64,000 bases of DNA from Heterodontus francisci (GCF_036365525.1 NC_090382.1:101800595-101864594); one strand, 5' to 3'; shown: positions 11,316 through 25,078, counted from the first letter of the stretch. Program-made: numbers and translations. Notes: generated by a model not told the origin, from the sequence alone.

Positions 11316-13919
11316 TGTTTGGGATAGAAATGCAGTACTCTACTAATGTGCTTCCTGGCTTGCCGTATTCATGTGATCTTTACCATGAGGAACTCTGACT
11401 GGGGGCAGCCGTCACAGTAGTTTCATTAAAGGCATAGTCTACACCAGACTGGTGTCCTGTGAGCTCCTAACATGGTGTTAGAAGTGGAGCTGAGACTGAG
11501 CAGTGAAGAAGCACAGCTACAGAACGAAAGCCACAGGAATGGTCACAACTGCTAAAAGACACAGGAAGCCACAGAAAAGGAAAAAAGAAACAGCTGAAAG
11601 CACAGGACAATGCTTGCAAATTTTCCTCTGCCTGTGCCGGTAGAAATGAAAGGTGATATGAAATAGAACAGGCAGTTTTTCTTTTCGCAATGGCAAAATT
11701 ACAAAATTGCAACAGATTTAATTAACAAACCAGAACATCTGCGAGTAGCTACACTTTTATCACTGTTGAGGAGGGACTGTTACAAAGTGCACTCTACCCT
11801 AAATCTCTGGAGAACAAAAAAAAAACGGACAGCAGAAATTTTGAACGCCTTGAAGGCACACTTTGAACCCCAAGCAAAGGTAACCAATGAATGGTATATG
11901 TTCAATATTAGGGCCCAAGTTGACAAAGAGTCCATTGATCAATAGGTGATTGTATGAACACAGCTCACAAAATCCTGTGAATTTCCACAACAAAAAGATG
12001 ATCTAATTAAGGACAAGATTGTGTTAGGCATAAGATATCCCACTGTGAGAGCATGTCTAATGAGAGAAGACAAACTTACTCTCAGCAGCTAGACCATATT
12101 CATGGAAGAACAGACCAGGCCTTGCATTATGCTGATAGACATTCCATGCGGAAAGGGCAGAAAGATCACAGACAAAGGGCAGGATGCAAATACTGCGGAG
12201 GACATCACACACAGAAAAGAAGACATGTCCAGTGTGGGGAAAGCAGTGTTCTCACTGCAAGAAACGGAATCATTTTGCACACAAGCATTTGGCTAAATAG
12301 AAGCACAACAAGCAGGTACGAATGGCCACTGGAGAGATGTCAGCTGAAGATTCTGACAAATCACTATACACCGTGTAACAAGTTGGTTCAGTCAGGTCGA
12401 TAGGTGATAAATAGTTTGTGACTTTTGGAATGATAACTGCAGAAGAGAATATCCAGTCAACATAAAATGCCAGATGGATACCGATGTATCATGCAACATC
12501 AGGACCTTCACAGACCTGTGCAAAGTGGCTTAACATGGCGATCCAAAAATGAAGCCCTTGAAAGTAAGGTTGAAGCTTTCTGATGGCACCATACTAGTGC
12601 CGAGAGGGTAAGTTACTCTGAGAGCCCAATGCAATGGCAAGAACGAAGATTTGGAGTTCCAGATCATAGACGGCAAGCAAATGCCACTCATCTCAGTTGA
12701 AGCAAGTCTAAAGCTTGGACACTTAACACTCAATGTGCAAAAGGAGACCGTGGAACAGATCCTAGAGAAGTATACCAATGTATTTACAGGTTTAGCATGT
12801 CTTCCTGGAGAATACCATCTCGAAGTAGATGAGAGGGTCAGACCAATTCAGCATCTGCCATGGAAAGTTCCAGCTGCCCTCAAGGCCAGCGTGAAAGACA
12901 AGAAAGAAGAGCTGAAAAAGAAGGGAGTAGTCAAGAAAGTGCCAACTCCAACAGAATGGATTAGCAGCATGATAGCAGTGAAACAACCTGGAAAGCTGAG
13001 AGTATGCATTGACCCAAATGATCTAGATAAAGCTCTGAAGAGATCTCAATACCCCATGCCAACCATCAAAGGAATTTTGCTACAACTTGCAAAGACAAAA
13101 ATCCTCACTACCCTAGATGTGAAGGATGGTTACTGGCAAGTGAAGCTGGATGAAAATCAGATTCTGGACACCGTTCGGGACATACAGATGATTGCGCATC
13201 CATTGCCGGAACTGAGCATTGGAGATCCAGTCAGGTTACAGACCTTCAACATTCTCAACAAGTGTCAGCCCAAGTGGCAACTTGGGACCTGTGTAAAGCA
13301 GTTATCACCTCGATTGTATGTGGTGCAAGTGAACGACCAGATATTCTGTTGCAAACACAGGCACATACGCACAACTGGAGAAGCTTTCCATCAAAGCAGG
13401 CGGCCAATTGGGAAGATCAGAACTCACCAACTGCACAGGCCACAGAACAACCATCAGCCCCAGAGGTCCACAGCATCCCAACAACAGAAATGGAACAACA
13501 ACAGTTATCGCAGCAACAAGTGACAAGGGTACGACACTCACCGGAGAAGGAAAATCAACCAGATGTGCAATCAGTGACAATGCACACGCACACCATTAAG
13601 AGACTGGCATGATTTAATGACTATATGTGCAATACATGTGCAGAGAATAACGAGCTACTAATGCATGAGAACCGTTATGTGCATCGTGGATAACTTGGGC
13701 AACTCACAGTGTAAATGATAATGCAAGCAAATATTTTTGGTTTTTTTGCATGAAAATGGGGATGTTTGGGATAGAAATGCAATACTGTATTAATGTGCCT
13801 CCTGGCTTGTCATAGGCATGTGATCTCTACAATGAGGCACTCTGACTGGGGGCAGCCATCACAGCAGTTTCATTAAAGACAGAGTCCACACCAGACTGGT
13901 GTACTGTGAGCTCATAACA
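11316..13919 (+). mobile_element. Gypsy LTR retrotransposon, internally deleted
   Basis: 157-bp LTRs at 11316-11472 and 13763-13919 (TG..CA, about 18 mismatches by eye); 5-bp TSD ACCAT; PBS tggtgttagaagtgg; PPT; RT N-terminus (KLRVCIDP..LDVKDGYWQV) in ORF 12651-13523. Confidence 0.92.
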
Positions 13920-14482
13920 ACCATAGCCATTGTCTTCTGTGCCCACTAAAAATTCCATTCTCCATCTGCCAACTCCATTGCTTTCACTAGCAGCCGTTCG
14001 AGGCTGAACCAGACTGTTCACAAAATTGGTGTCATATTTGACCACGAGATAAGCCTCCGACCATATATCCACGCCAACACTAAGACTTCCTATTTCCACC
14101 TCTGTAACATCGGCCAGCTATACCTCTGCCTCAACTCATCTGCCGCTGAACCATTGCCTTTGTTATCTCTAGACTTGACTTTCCAATGCACTCCTGGTTG
14201 GTCTCCCACATTTCATCCTCTGAAAACTTGAGGTCATCTGAAGCTGTGCTGCCTGTGTCCTTACTTGCACCAAGTGTGGTTAAGTGCCTTGGAACATCTT
14301 ATTACGTTAAAAGTGCAACATAAATATAAGTTGTTGTTGTTTAAGATGCGCCTTGAAACCCATCATTTTGACCAAGTTTTTGCCTATCTGCATGAATCAC
14401 CTTAAGTGATGCAGTATCAAATCTTGCTTTATAACACTACTGTGAAGTGCCTTGTATCGTTTTGTTACATTAAAGGCACTAT

Positions 14483-15460
14483 TGTTACAACCAACCACTC
14501 AAGACAAAGCCCCCAATCAAAATATATAGTTCTGATTGAGGTGGGAGCAATGGACAGTCAAATCAGTTCCACCACTCCACAGATCGTCTAACTTAGTACT
14601 TTAAACTTTTCAAATTAAAGAAAGCCGCAGCCAAATTGACCATCTATTAACCCCTCAAATGAGGCTAACCAAACCAGGTGCCTTTAACTGTTTAATCAGA
14701 AAAATTTAATTCTTAAACACTACTAAGATATAAATAACATTTAAAATAGAAAAAAATTAGTGTCTTTGCAGATTTATGCTCCTGCTGAAGTGAATTCTTC
14801 CAATGTGGAACAGTCTAATGTTGCTTGAAGTCCTCATGGGCACTGTCATCTGATCCCTTTAAAGAGATGTGCTCCACAAAAGGCATAAAAAACATTCCTT
14901 AGATGAAGGAATTAGTGCTGGGAAATGGGGAATGGAAAAAAAAAAGGTTCTTCAACAGTAGAACAGTCTGTAGTATAGTTCAGCAGTTGAAGTGATGGTC
15001 TTCTTCTTCCAGCGATGAATTCAGCAATTACAGTTCAATAGTTAAAGTAATTGGTTATTTTCTTTGAAGAAATTAACCTGGCTTGGCCAATCAGAATTCT
15101 GAGAATATAATAAATAAGGTTTAAATAAACTGAGGGAGAGCTCTCATTTTCTTCAGTGTATGCTGGCTGACAGTCTATGTGTGTCTGTTAAGTGTGTCTG
15201 TACAAATCAGTTAGCCAGTTTTTCAAAAGGCAATCAGCAACATTTTATCCGGTCCTTGGTCTCTGAATGGCTGATGCCAGGTAACCAGGATGCATTCTTT
15301 GAAGCTGGTTGGTTCCCTCTCCGTATGGTTGGATCCAATAGCAACCAAAATGCATATTAGTAATTTCTGAGGCTTGCGTGTTCTTAAAGCAGTACTGATC
15401 CTTTTACAGCCTTAAAAGCACACTGCATACTTCCTGGAAAAAAACTACAGGGTCATAACA
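14483..15460. mobile_element. Solo LTR
   Basis: tgttac...cataaca termini with a 4-bp TSD CTAT on both sides. Confidence 0.75.
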
Positions 15461-16659
15461 CTATTTAAAAGCCCGTTTTTTTGTTGTTAATAATTGGAAT
15501 AATTAAGTCAGAGAAAGTCCCATGCAGAATTTCATGGGTTTTAGCAAAATATCTGCCACCAGTGTTCACCTCCCCCATGTAAAATGGATACCTGTCTGCT
15601 CCAGTGCCTGACCCATGTTAACATAATCCTTCAAGAAACATCGCCGCAGTTTGTGTTGATGGAAATTTGTAAATTTATTTACAGTAAATGTCTGTCTACT
15701 TCAGTATTTAATATTTTGCACAGATTGTATACCTGTTCATTTTCTGTATGCCTTTCCTTCTTTTTCTCCATTTCTACCAAAGCTTTAAAATTTTCTCAGC
15801 CAGACTAATGCAGAGTCAGTTTATTTGCTGCTGAAATACAACTTCACAGCTGACAAAATTGAAAGGTTGGGAATTCTTTACTTACTGTCCAGGGAACAAT
15901 CATGATGCTTTCTTACAGAAACATGGGGTAATTTGTATGATAATGTAAAAGGGTGATAATATACTGGCAGCGCATTTTATATCACAAAGATGACTTATTA
16001 TTGCACGTGGTTAAAATTACCTGTTCACATTCTATCCCACACTAAATCCTCCTCAACCATCCCCACTGACATACACTCGCTCCTTTCTCTCAATACCTTG
16101 GATTTAATATCCTCATTATCATCGATAAATCACTCCACAGCCTCACCCCAGTTTACCTCTGCAACTTCCTGCAGGATAATCTCCTTTCACATTCCCTGTT
16201 ATCCTCTTACTGTCCCCTCCCTCTATTCCAACATTGGTGTCAAACATTTTCTGTTTCCTCAGCTCTAACCTCTGGAACTCCCTCTCTAAACACCTCCACC
16301 TCTTGCTGTATATTCACTCACACTGAAAACCTATCTCTTTGCTGAAGCTTACCGTCACCTCTCTGAACTTTCTCATTAATACTGAAATCAAGTTAATTCT
16401 TTCTCAGTGAAGAATAATTTTTTCTTTCTTCAATATGATATGTTACTGAAAGCATTTGCTGGTTTTATTTTATAGTCCGTTATCAGTTATTAAAAAATGC
16501 TGCAATTCAGATTCTTTACCTTCTGATTTTGAACTGCCTCACTTACTTTGACTATTCCAGTTTCTATGGGGTGAAAGGGACAAGATGAACAAATATTGGC
16601 TGCTTCCTTGTTCCATTTCTACAACTGGTCAAGTGGTTACCCATTCACTTTCCTGTATT

Positions 16660-16720
16660 TATTCTACACTTCACACAAATGCAAATTCTTATCTTCTACT
16701 CCAAAGTGTCACTCTCAGCA
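16660..16720 (-). pseudogene. Relic fragment of a D2/D6-type Ig exon
   Basis: Reverse complement reads HFGVEDKNLHLCEV*NK, aligning with QVGAENQNLYTWEVHEN (D6) and HVVVEDEKSYVCEVQEN (D2); one stop and a 2-nt deletion. Confidence 0.5.
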
Positions 16721-17107
16721 TTTCCCCGCTTCCTCGTCCAAAGCCCCACTCCCAGCATCTGTAATTTCCATATCCGACGATCACTCCTGTACATTGCGAT
16801 TATTTCTATCATTCGCTCTACTATCGATGGCAATTGATTCCCTATCCTTCCCTCTTCCCTTAGTCCTGCACCCAGCTCAATGTTAATTTGAAAGCTAGAG
16901 TGTGCAGCAGCTGGAATTACTTCAAATAACAGCAGAACTCGGTTAGATTGACGTTGAGTGAGGAGAGGCCAGTTTTTTGTTCAACCTTGATATGTGCACC
17001 AGATCATCACTTGTTAACTGTAAGCATGAAGTTATGATGATTAACATGTATGTAACAGTTTGACATTAGTAACTTTTTGATATCAACTGTGAGGAAACTG
17101 CACTTAC

Positions 17108-17377
17108 ATTCGGTCACAGAAAAATCTGCTTCTCCTGTGAGAATAACGGATCTATTTTCCTGCACTTCACACACATACGACTTCTCATCCTCGACTACAA
17201 CATGTTTGATTATCAGATAGACTGTGTTATTTAGTTGTATCTGGTCAGTTTTCCTCCTGTTCTGCTTAGATGAGTCTCTCTGTTTCCATTGAAGACTGAC
17301 TGTATCTGAGAGTTTGGAGATGGTACAGCTGAGAGTAACATCACTGCCCACCTCAGGCCGCTGTGGACTTGACTCAA
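17108..17377 (-). CDS. Gene B Ig exon D2 (C2-like, both cysteines present)
   Basis: Acceptor ttttccacag, donor T|gtaagt; 270 nt, phase 1-1; VESSPQRPEVGSDVTLSC...SLQWKQ...KSYVCEV...FSVTE. Confidence 0.93.
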
Positions 17378-18059
17378 CTGTGGAAAACAGATTAATATGA
17401 GTTAGTGTAGGTAGTTGCATGTACAATCCAATGATTAGCTTCTAAATGAGCATGTGCCCATTATCAGCACTTGTACCTTGATGCATTGAAGAGTCAGATC
17501 AGATTACACAAACATGCATTTTAGCAGTAGAATAAAATTGGCCTGAAAATTCTGGGTTCTACTCTGCCAGCGTAAGTGAGGCAGAACGGGGCTGGTGTCA
17601 TCTATACCTGAACCTGCTGGAGTATCTGAGCTCAGATCAAAGTTTCATAGTTTGGCTGGCATTTGGGGATGCCCATACAATAATGGACTGGTGATAGAAA
17701 AACACCAGTGGTGAGTCTGGTGGAAATGTAGTACCCATATTATAAGTCATGGAAAAGGCATCAGTTCTACTCTGTGCTCAATGTGCCTGGAACATTTCAA
17801 TAAGACTACCGAACACATGCATTGGAAGCTTGAGCACAAAATCCACATCAGAACTCATAACAGCCCCAGAGGTTATGAAAATCAGTGGGTCCCCAAAATA
17901 CATCAGCACAGGGCTCCAAACATTGAGCCTCCATGAGGAATGGCACTTCAGAAAAAGTTTGTTCTAAAAATGCCCACCTTGACTTTCAGTTAGCAGTATG
18001 CTATAGATGGAGAAAAGCGATCCCACAACCAAAGGATCAGGTCAAAGCCCGGCCATATT

Positions 18060-20078
18060 GACACATGACGTGGTGAATGGTGATGGACAATTGAACAACT
18101 AACTGGAAGAGGAGGAGTCTCAATGAATATCGTTATCCTCAATTATGGTGGTGCCCAGCATGTCAGTGCAAAACACAAGGCTTAAGCGTTTGCAACCATC
18201 TTTGACCAAAAGTATGGAACGGATGATCTCCTTCAGAGGTCACCGATGCAAGTCTTCAGCCAATTCAATTCACTCCATGTGAAATCAACAAACGGCTGTG
18301 TGCACTTGTGCTCTGGATATAACAAGGTCTATGAGTCCTGACAACACCCGGCTGTAGTGCTAAATATTTGTGCTACAGAGCTAGCTCCACCTTGTCAAGC
18401 TGTTCCACTACAGCTACAACAAAGGCACCTACCTGATAAGGCAGACAATTGTCCAGGTTTCTCTTGTCCACAAAAAGCATAACAAATCAACCTGGCCTAT
18501 TACCAGCCCATCAGAACACTCTCAATCATCAACAAAATGGTGCAAGGTGTCCTCATCAGGATTATCAAGCAGCACTTACTCAGCAATAACCCATTCACCA
18601 ATGCTCTGTTTGGGTTCTTTCAAGGGCACTCGACTCCAGACCTCATTACAGCCTTGGTCCAAACATGAACAAAATAGCTGAATTCCAGAGGTGAGGTGAG
18701 ACTGACTGCCCTTGACATCAAGGCAAGACTGAGTATGACATCTAGGGCCCTAGTAAAACTGGAGTCAATGGGAATCAGGGGGAAAACTCTCCACTAGCTG
18801 CAGTCATACTTAGAACAAAGAAGGATAGTTGTGGTTGTTCGAGTCCAATCATGTCAGTTGCAGGACATCACTACAGGAGTTCCTCAGAGCAGTGTCCTAG
18901 GCCCATGTTTAGCTGCTTCATCACTGAACTTCTTTCCATCATAAAGTCAGAAGTGGGGATGTTGATGATGGCAGTGTTCACTAGCATTCACAACTCCTCA
19001 GATAATAAAGCAGTCTGTCCCTGCATGCAGAGAGATCTGAACAATGTTCAGGCTTGGGCTGCTAAGAGGCAAGTAACATTTGAACCACACAAATGCCAAG
19101 TAATGACCACCTTGAACAAGGAAGAATCTGACCAACTGCCCTTGACATTCAATGGCATTACCTTCACTGAATTCCCTCAGCATCAACATCATGGGGGTTA
19201 CCATTGACCAGAAACTGAACTAGACCAGCCATATAAATACTGTGGCTACAAGAGCAGGTCACAGGCTGGGAATTCTGCAGCAAGTAACTCACCTACTGAC
19301 TCTCCAAAGCCTGTCCAGCACCTACAAGGGACAAGTGAAGAGTGTGAAGGAATCCTCTCCACTTGCCAAGATGAGTGTAACTGAAAAACACACAAGAAAT
19401 TTGACACCATCCTGGACAAAACAGCTCACTTAATAGGCAACTAAAAACAGAAAGTGATGGAAATACCCAACAGGTCTGGCAGCATCTGTGGAGTGAGAGG
19501 CAGAGTTAACGTTTCAGGTCTGTGACCTTTCATCTGAACTGGTCACAGACCTGAAACGTTAACTCTACTTCTCTCTCCACAGATGCTGCCAGACCGGCTA
19601 AGAAATTCTAGCACTTTCTGCTTTTATTTCAGATTTCCAGCATCCACAGTATTTTGCCTTTATTCCACTTAAGTGGCATCTCATCTACCACCGTAAACAT
19701 TCACCCCCTCCAGCACTGGTACACAGTGGCTGCAATGTGTACAATCTACAAGATGAACTGCAGCAACTCCCCAAGTCTCCTTCGACAGCACCTTCCAAAC
19801 CTGCTATCTCTACCGCTTAAAAGAACAAGGGTAATAGACTCACGGGAACACCACCATGTGCAATTTTCCCTCCAAGTCACACAGCATCCTGACTTGGAAC
19901 TATATCGCCGTTCCTTCACTATCAATGGGTCAAAATCCTCATACATCCTCCTTAACAGCACTGTGGGTGTATCCTACACCATATGAAGGCAATTCACCAG
20001 TACTTTCTCCAGGGCAATTATAGCTGGGCAGTAAATGCTGGCCTTGCAGTGACACTCACGTTCCATGAACGAATAAAA
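18060..20078 (+). mobile_element. CR1/L2-clade LINE, degraded, with a palindromic insert at about 19443-19660
   Basis: RT remnants; same family as 37600-38375 (+) and 41135-43560 (-). Confidence 0.8.
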
Positions 20079-20946
20079 AAAGTTTCCACATGCAACATGG
20101 CTAGTAATTATTACATTTTCAACAGGGATGTTATTTCCAAGCTAAGGCAAAATAATGGTAGCATCCACTAGCTGCTGGTGCATAACAATTTGGTGCCTGC
20201 CCCCATGTGGCATTCGCCATGTACCACTCACTTTGTCCCATGAGTTAACTTTCTATTCTGGGCAACTCATTATGGTGCAGTTTGGGATAACACCTCCAGA
20301 CTAGTGCAGTCAGGATGATATTTTAACCACCATGACACTTTAGGATTGGATTACATTCTCTATCAAGTGCATTTGACAGTGACCTTAGGCTTATTTAGAT
20401 GCTAATCACACATACCTACCAGGTTGTGCAGCTATTTAGCAACATTGTTAGTTGGCGGAATTGAGATGGTTCAATTTAACCAATCTTCTCTGTGTTGTTT
20501 TTTCCTAATTTCCTGACTACAAGTTGCACGGATACTTGACTCATGGTGTTAGACAACCAAATGAGATATCAAACAGGTTCATTGGATTACAATCAGGAGC
20601 AGTGAAATGACCAATCTTGTACCTTTGCCTAGTGCTGAGGCTTATTACTTACTCCAAATAATCTATTGGTTTGGTAACAGAACTGAATACCTCTTACAAA
20701 AAGTGCGCCAGTGTAAAAGCCATAATTTCTGAGGTAGATTCCTTCTTTGTTATTTCTGGTGAAATTGCTTTTCCTCATATCGACCATGTCAGCAGAAACA
20801 ATGAACAAAATCTTTCCCTGATTGTTTTAATGAGAGATGCATTTTGCACTGGGTGATACAAATCTCACATGATCTCTTATTATACGTGAAATTATTTACA
20901 GAAAAATAATTTTATTGATTCATTTCTCAAATGTTATTTCACTTAC

Positions 20947-21285
20947 CTTTGATACCAAATATGTCGTACTGCTTCAGGATTTTATAACTCGGCTGTGTTT
21001 GAGTTAAGATGAATGATCCTGCAAGTTTAAATGTAGGTTTAATTGTCAGATTAATGGTACCACGGTCCCGTTTTATTTTATTGTGTAAGAATCTGCTTCT
21101 AAAGTATTCACTCCATTCTGTTTTCCACCAGCCTAATTTCTCTTTGTGAAAAGTACCCAGCTGCTGGATTTCTTGTCCTGAGTGTGGTTTCCATTCCCAG
21201 ACAAAATGTTCATTTCCAGGACTGTCTGGTCCTTTTAAGGAAACGTCATCTCCCTTATCCAAAAAATAAATATGATGTGGGTTTC
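20947..21285 (-). CDS. Gene B Ig exon D1 (V-like, no cysteine)
   Basis: Acceptor ttctttctaacag, donor AAAG|gtaagt; 339 nt, phase 1-1; RNPHHIYFLDKGDDVSLKGP...VWEWKPHSG...LAGSFILTQTQPSYKILKQYDIFGIK. Confidence 0.92.
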
Positions 21286-21489
21286 CTGTTAGAAAGAAGA
21301 ACAATGTAAGCGTTATAATATCAAATCAAATTACCTTAATCCAATTTTGTCATTATTAATGTTAATTTATTTAGTCATATTTTTATAATCTGATCATGTT
21401 GCCTTCATCGCACAATTATGCAAAAATACAGAACAATCCCATTATACATTCAATGTATCTATTTCGAGACTCATCTGAATATCTGGTCA

Positions 21490-21822
21490 GAGTAGGTAGT
21501 GAGAAACTGTTTCTACTCATGAAAGGTTCAAGAACGAGAGGGCACAGATTTAAAGTAATTGGCAAAAGAAGCAAAAGTGACATGAGGAAGAACTTTTTCA
21601 CGCAGCGAGTGATTAAGTTTTGGAGTGCACTGCCTGAGAGTGTGGTTGAGGCAGGTTCAATTGAGGTATTCAAAAAGGAATTAGACTGCTATCTGAAAAG
21701 GAAAAATGTGCAGGGTTATGGGGAGAAGACAGGGGAGTGGTATTAGGTGAATGCTCATTCTGAGAGCTAGTGCAGCCACGATGAGCTGAATGGCATCCTT
21801 CTGTGCTTTAACAATTCTGTGA
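21490..21822 (+). mobile_element. CR1 LINE 3' end
   Basis: SRTRGHRFKV...RKNFFTQRV in ORF 21396-21746. Confidence 0.85.
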
Positions 21823-23235
21823 TATATCACTATAGAAAATAATGAAAATAAAATGAGCAGACATTGTTAAATCCATGTTACAGAAAGAATGGCTGCAAAT
21901 CTCCTTGTGACTCCTGGTCTACAGAGTACATTATTTTAGCTGGTGTTGACACGATGGACCGAACCTGCACTGTAACAGTTCTGTGATTCTGTGATTATCG
22001 GGTGCACAGGAGCTGGCAGGAGAGAAATTGGAGCAGGATATGGTTATGTCAGGTCTCCTGTTTGTTCTATGATGGGGCTTCCCAAGGTGCTGGGAGATCA
22101 GACGGTGCCTGTGTCCTCATCCCCTTGTCTGAAAAGACACCTGACGGAGATAAACCAAATCTTGGAACATGACTTTCAGCCTCTATCCTCCAAATCCTTT
22201 GCTATTTCTGTGAAGATGACAACGCAGCTGTGAAGGTGACATTTAACATTAACACATTTCGATACTTCCAGGTGGCTTCTGGTGACATTAGTCACATCAT
22301 CAGTCAATAGTTCATCATTACCAATCCCTGGACTGCATTTTTAACTGTGAATCATCATGTGCCTTTATTTCAAGGCAAACAGTTAAGTAATACTGGATAC
22401 TCAAGGATAACAGTAAAATCCTCATTGTAACTAATAGTTTATTTACATTTTCACAAGGGAACTTGTCTAAAGCAGTAAATACCGTGTGTCTCTTGATAAA
22501 AGAGCAATTTTCATCAACATTACCAAAAACACTGGTTCTGTGCACACTGTATTCAAAGCAAAATTTAAGGAAAGCCTTTGGATACTAAACTAGAATGATA
22601 TAGAATTTATCGTACAGAAATGGGCCATTTGGCCCAACCTGTCTGTGCTGGACACTTACAAACAAGGTGAGGGTGGGTACATAAATCGCATAATTTCTGC
22701 CCACCTCAGGAAACCCCAACATAGGACAAAAATTACCCCGCTTCCCCTTAAATGCGTTTATGCCACATACCTCAACTACGTCATGTGGTATCAAGTTCCA
22801 CATTTTAACCACTCTGAGTAAAGAAACCTTGGAGGATTTATTAGAGGATTTATTAGTGGCAATATTGTATTTGTGACCCCGAGTTTTAAACTACTCCACA
22901 AGTGGAAACATCTTCTACCCTATTGAGCGCCGTCATAATCTTAAAAACTCTATAAGGTCGTTCCTTGCTGCATGCAAGAGTAGATAGACTGATGGATGGA
23001 ATAATGGGTTGGATAAAGCAGTTGAAGAACAATGAGAAATTGGTCATGATTTTCATTTTATTAAGTTGTTCCATTGTTGGAATTTGAAAAGTGAACTCCT
23101 GCATCTTGTTGAAAGGAGCTGGGACATGGAAATAAAGACCTTACCTCCTTTCTGAATAGTAGGTAAGAAATTTCACTGAACACTATTATTAAGTAAAATG
23201 ACAGTATTTACATTTGACAGAAATATAACACTTAC

Positions 23236-23323
23236 TTTGTGCGAGAACAGTCTGAAGTGGGAATACAAAGAAACTTAACATCAAACCAGCTGGTATTTTG
23301 CTGCAGAAAAATTGTTGACTCAT
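23236..23323 (-). CDS. Gene B signal-peptide exon (coding part; exon starts at about 23345)
   Basis: ATG at 23323 gives MSQQFFCSKIPAGLMLSFFVFPLQTVLAQ with a hydrophobic core and VLA|Q cleavage-like site; phase-1 donor A|gtaagt matches D1; upstream acceptor tttcttacag. Confidence 0.82.
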
Positions 23324-24682
23324 TTTGCATATTCAGTCTCTTTCTCTGTAAGAAATATACAGATAGCTATAGATACATATAGATATAACACCAGAAAACC
23401 ACCTGAAGTAAAACTGAGGTCCATAATAGCTCTGTGGAGAGCCGATGGACTCGATGGCTGAATGGCCTCCTTCTGTGTCGTAAATGACTCTATGAATCTA
23501 TGACACAATGATTAACTCTGCAGACTGTGAAGAAGAGGAAATGAGATAAAACAGCTTGATGAATTATTGCTTACACTTCCACACTTACGAAATATTTCAC
23601 CATAATTTTCACTTCCACACAGCTTAATAAAACTGATCAGAAAACTGATGCGTTTTATATAACTGATACTATGAATTAACATTTTCTCATTCACTATTGT
23701 ACCAAGCATATAAACGCTATGGTAACTGGTGCTGGTCAGAGGCTGAATATTCTGCGGTGAGTAGCTAGTTTCCTGACTCCGCAAAGCCTCTCCACCATTT
23801 ACAATGTACACGTCAGGCAGGTGATGGAATTTTCTTCACTTGTGAGGATAAGTGCAGCTGCAACAATGCTCAAGAAGCTCGACACCTTCCAGGACATACA
23901 GTCTGCTTGATTGACAACTTAAACAATCACTCCTTTTTGGTAACATATCCAAAACCTGCAACTCCACCACCTAGAAGGACAAGACGAGCAGGTGCATGGG
24001 ATCACCATCACTTCCAAGTGGCCCTCAAAGTCATATTTCATCCTGACATGAACACCTATTGCCATTCCTTCATCATTGCTTGGTCAAAATCTTGGAACTC
24101 CCTACCTAGCAGCATTGTGGGAGAACCTTCAACATATGGTCAGCAGCAGTTCAAGAAGAAGGCTCATCACCACCTCCTCAAGGACAACTAGATAAGGGGA
24201 AAATGCCAGTCTTACTAGTGATGACCATATTCTAAGAATGATTAATTCACAAAAAAATGGTTACACATTTTAAAAGACCTTTTCCAGCTGTTTTGCATCC
24301 CAGTGAAAGGATATTACAGGATACCATCTCACAACACAATGTAAAATAATATAAAATACTGGTCAGGGGTAGGGTTGAAAGAACAAGTCATCAAAAGGAA
24401 AGTCTTGATGTGTGCATCTGAGCCAAATCAGAGTCAACTTAATTCCATCACTCCTGTGCACAATTACATCTTGAACCTCAGTTGTGTGATCTATTCCCTC
24501 AGGTTGGGGCACTGCGTATTGAGCAATGAAATTCTTTGCAAATGTAATTGTATTCAATCAGCATGTTGGAGTTGGAAGCCATCTATCTTGAGGACTAATA
24601 GCCTGGAAATTAGTCTGTGCAGCTCCTTTTTTAGGGCACTAAATCATGTCATAATTTTCAAAAAGGACATTTAGAATGCGGG

Positions 24683-25078
24683 AGGTGGTGGCATTTTGGT
24701 AATGTCACTGGACTAGTAACTCAGAGGGTGAGATTAATGCTCTGGGGACATGGGTTTGAATCCCACCATGAAAGATTGTGAAATTTGAATTCAATTAATA
24801 AATCTGGAATTAAAAGCTAGTCCAACAGAGACCATGAAACCATTGTTGTAAAAACCCATCTGGTTCACTTTTGTCCTTTAGGGAATAAAATCTGCTGTCC
24901 TTACATCTGCTGTCCTACTCTGGTCTACATGTGACTCCAGATCCCCACCACTGTGGTATACTCTTAACTGTTCTCTGAAATGGTCTAGCAAGCCACTCAA
25001 CTCAAGGGCAAGTTGGGATAGGCAACAAATGCTGGCCTTGCCAGTGACGCCTGCATCCCATGAAAGAATGAAAAAAAA
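24683..25078 (+). mobile_element. tRNA-derived SINE with a LINE-like tail
   Basis: A/B-box-like head (ggtggtggcattttggt...gggtttgaatccc); related copy on the minus strand at about 31205-31617. Confidence 0.7.

Larger units (their letters stand above)
8290..14280 (+). mobile_element. L2-like LINE, degraded and interrupted by nested insertions
   Basis: Collinear RT remnants (...MYADNTQLYL..., LFDCLSDIQ) that resume after each insert: CR1 at about 8441-8745, LTR-like at about 9711-10855, Gypsy at 11316-13919. Confidence 0.75.

Noticed and set aside
15733-15785. Purine-rich possible mini-exon (LVEMEKKKERHTENEQ)
   Set aside because: Weak acceptor and donor, phase incompatible with the flanking exons, and no counterpart in the D6-D7 intron.
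22318-22430. Signal-like peptide MRILLLSLSIQYYLTVCL
   Set aside because: No suitable phase-1 donor; 23236-23323 is a much better leader.
23145-23151. 7-nt micro-exon (cag|AAAGGAG|gtaagg) after the leader
   Set aside because: It would shift the reading frame and has no other support.
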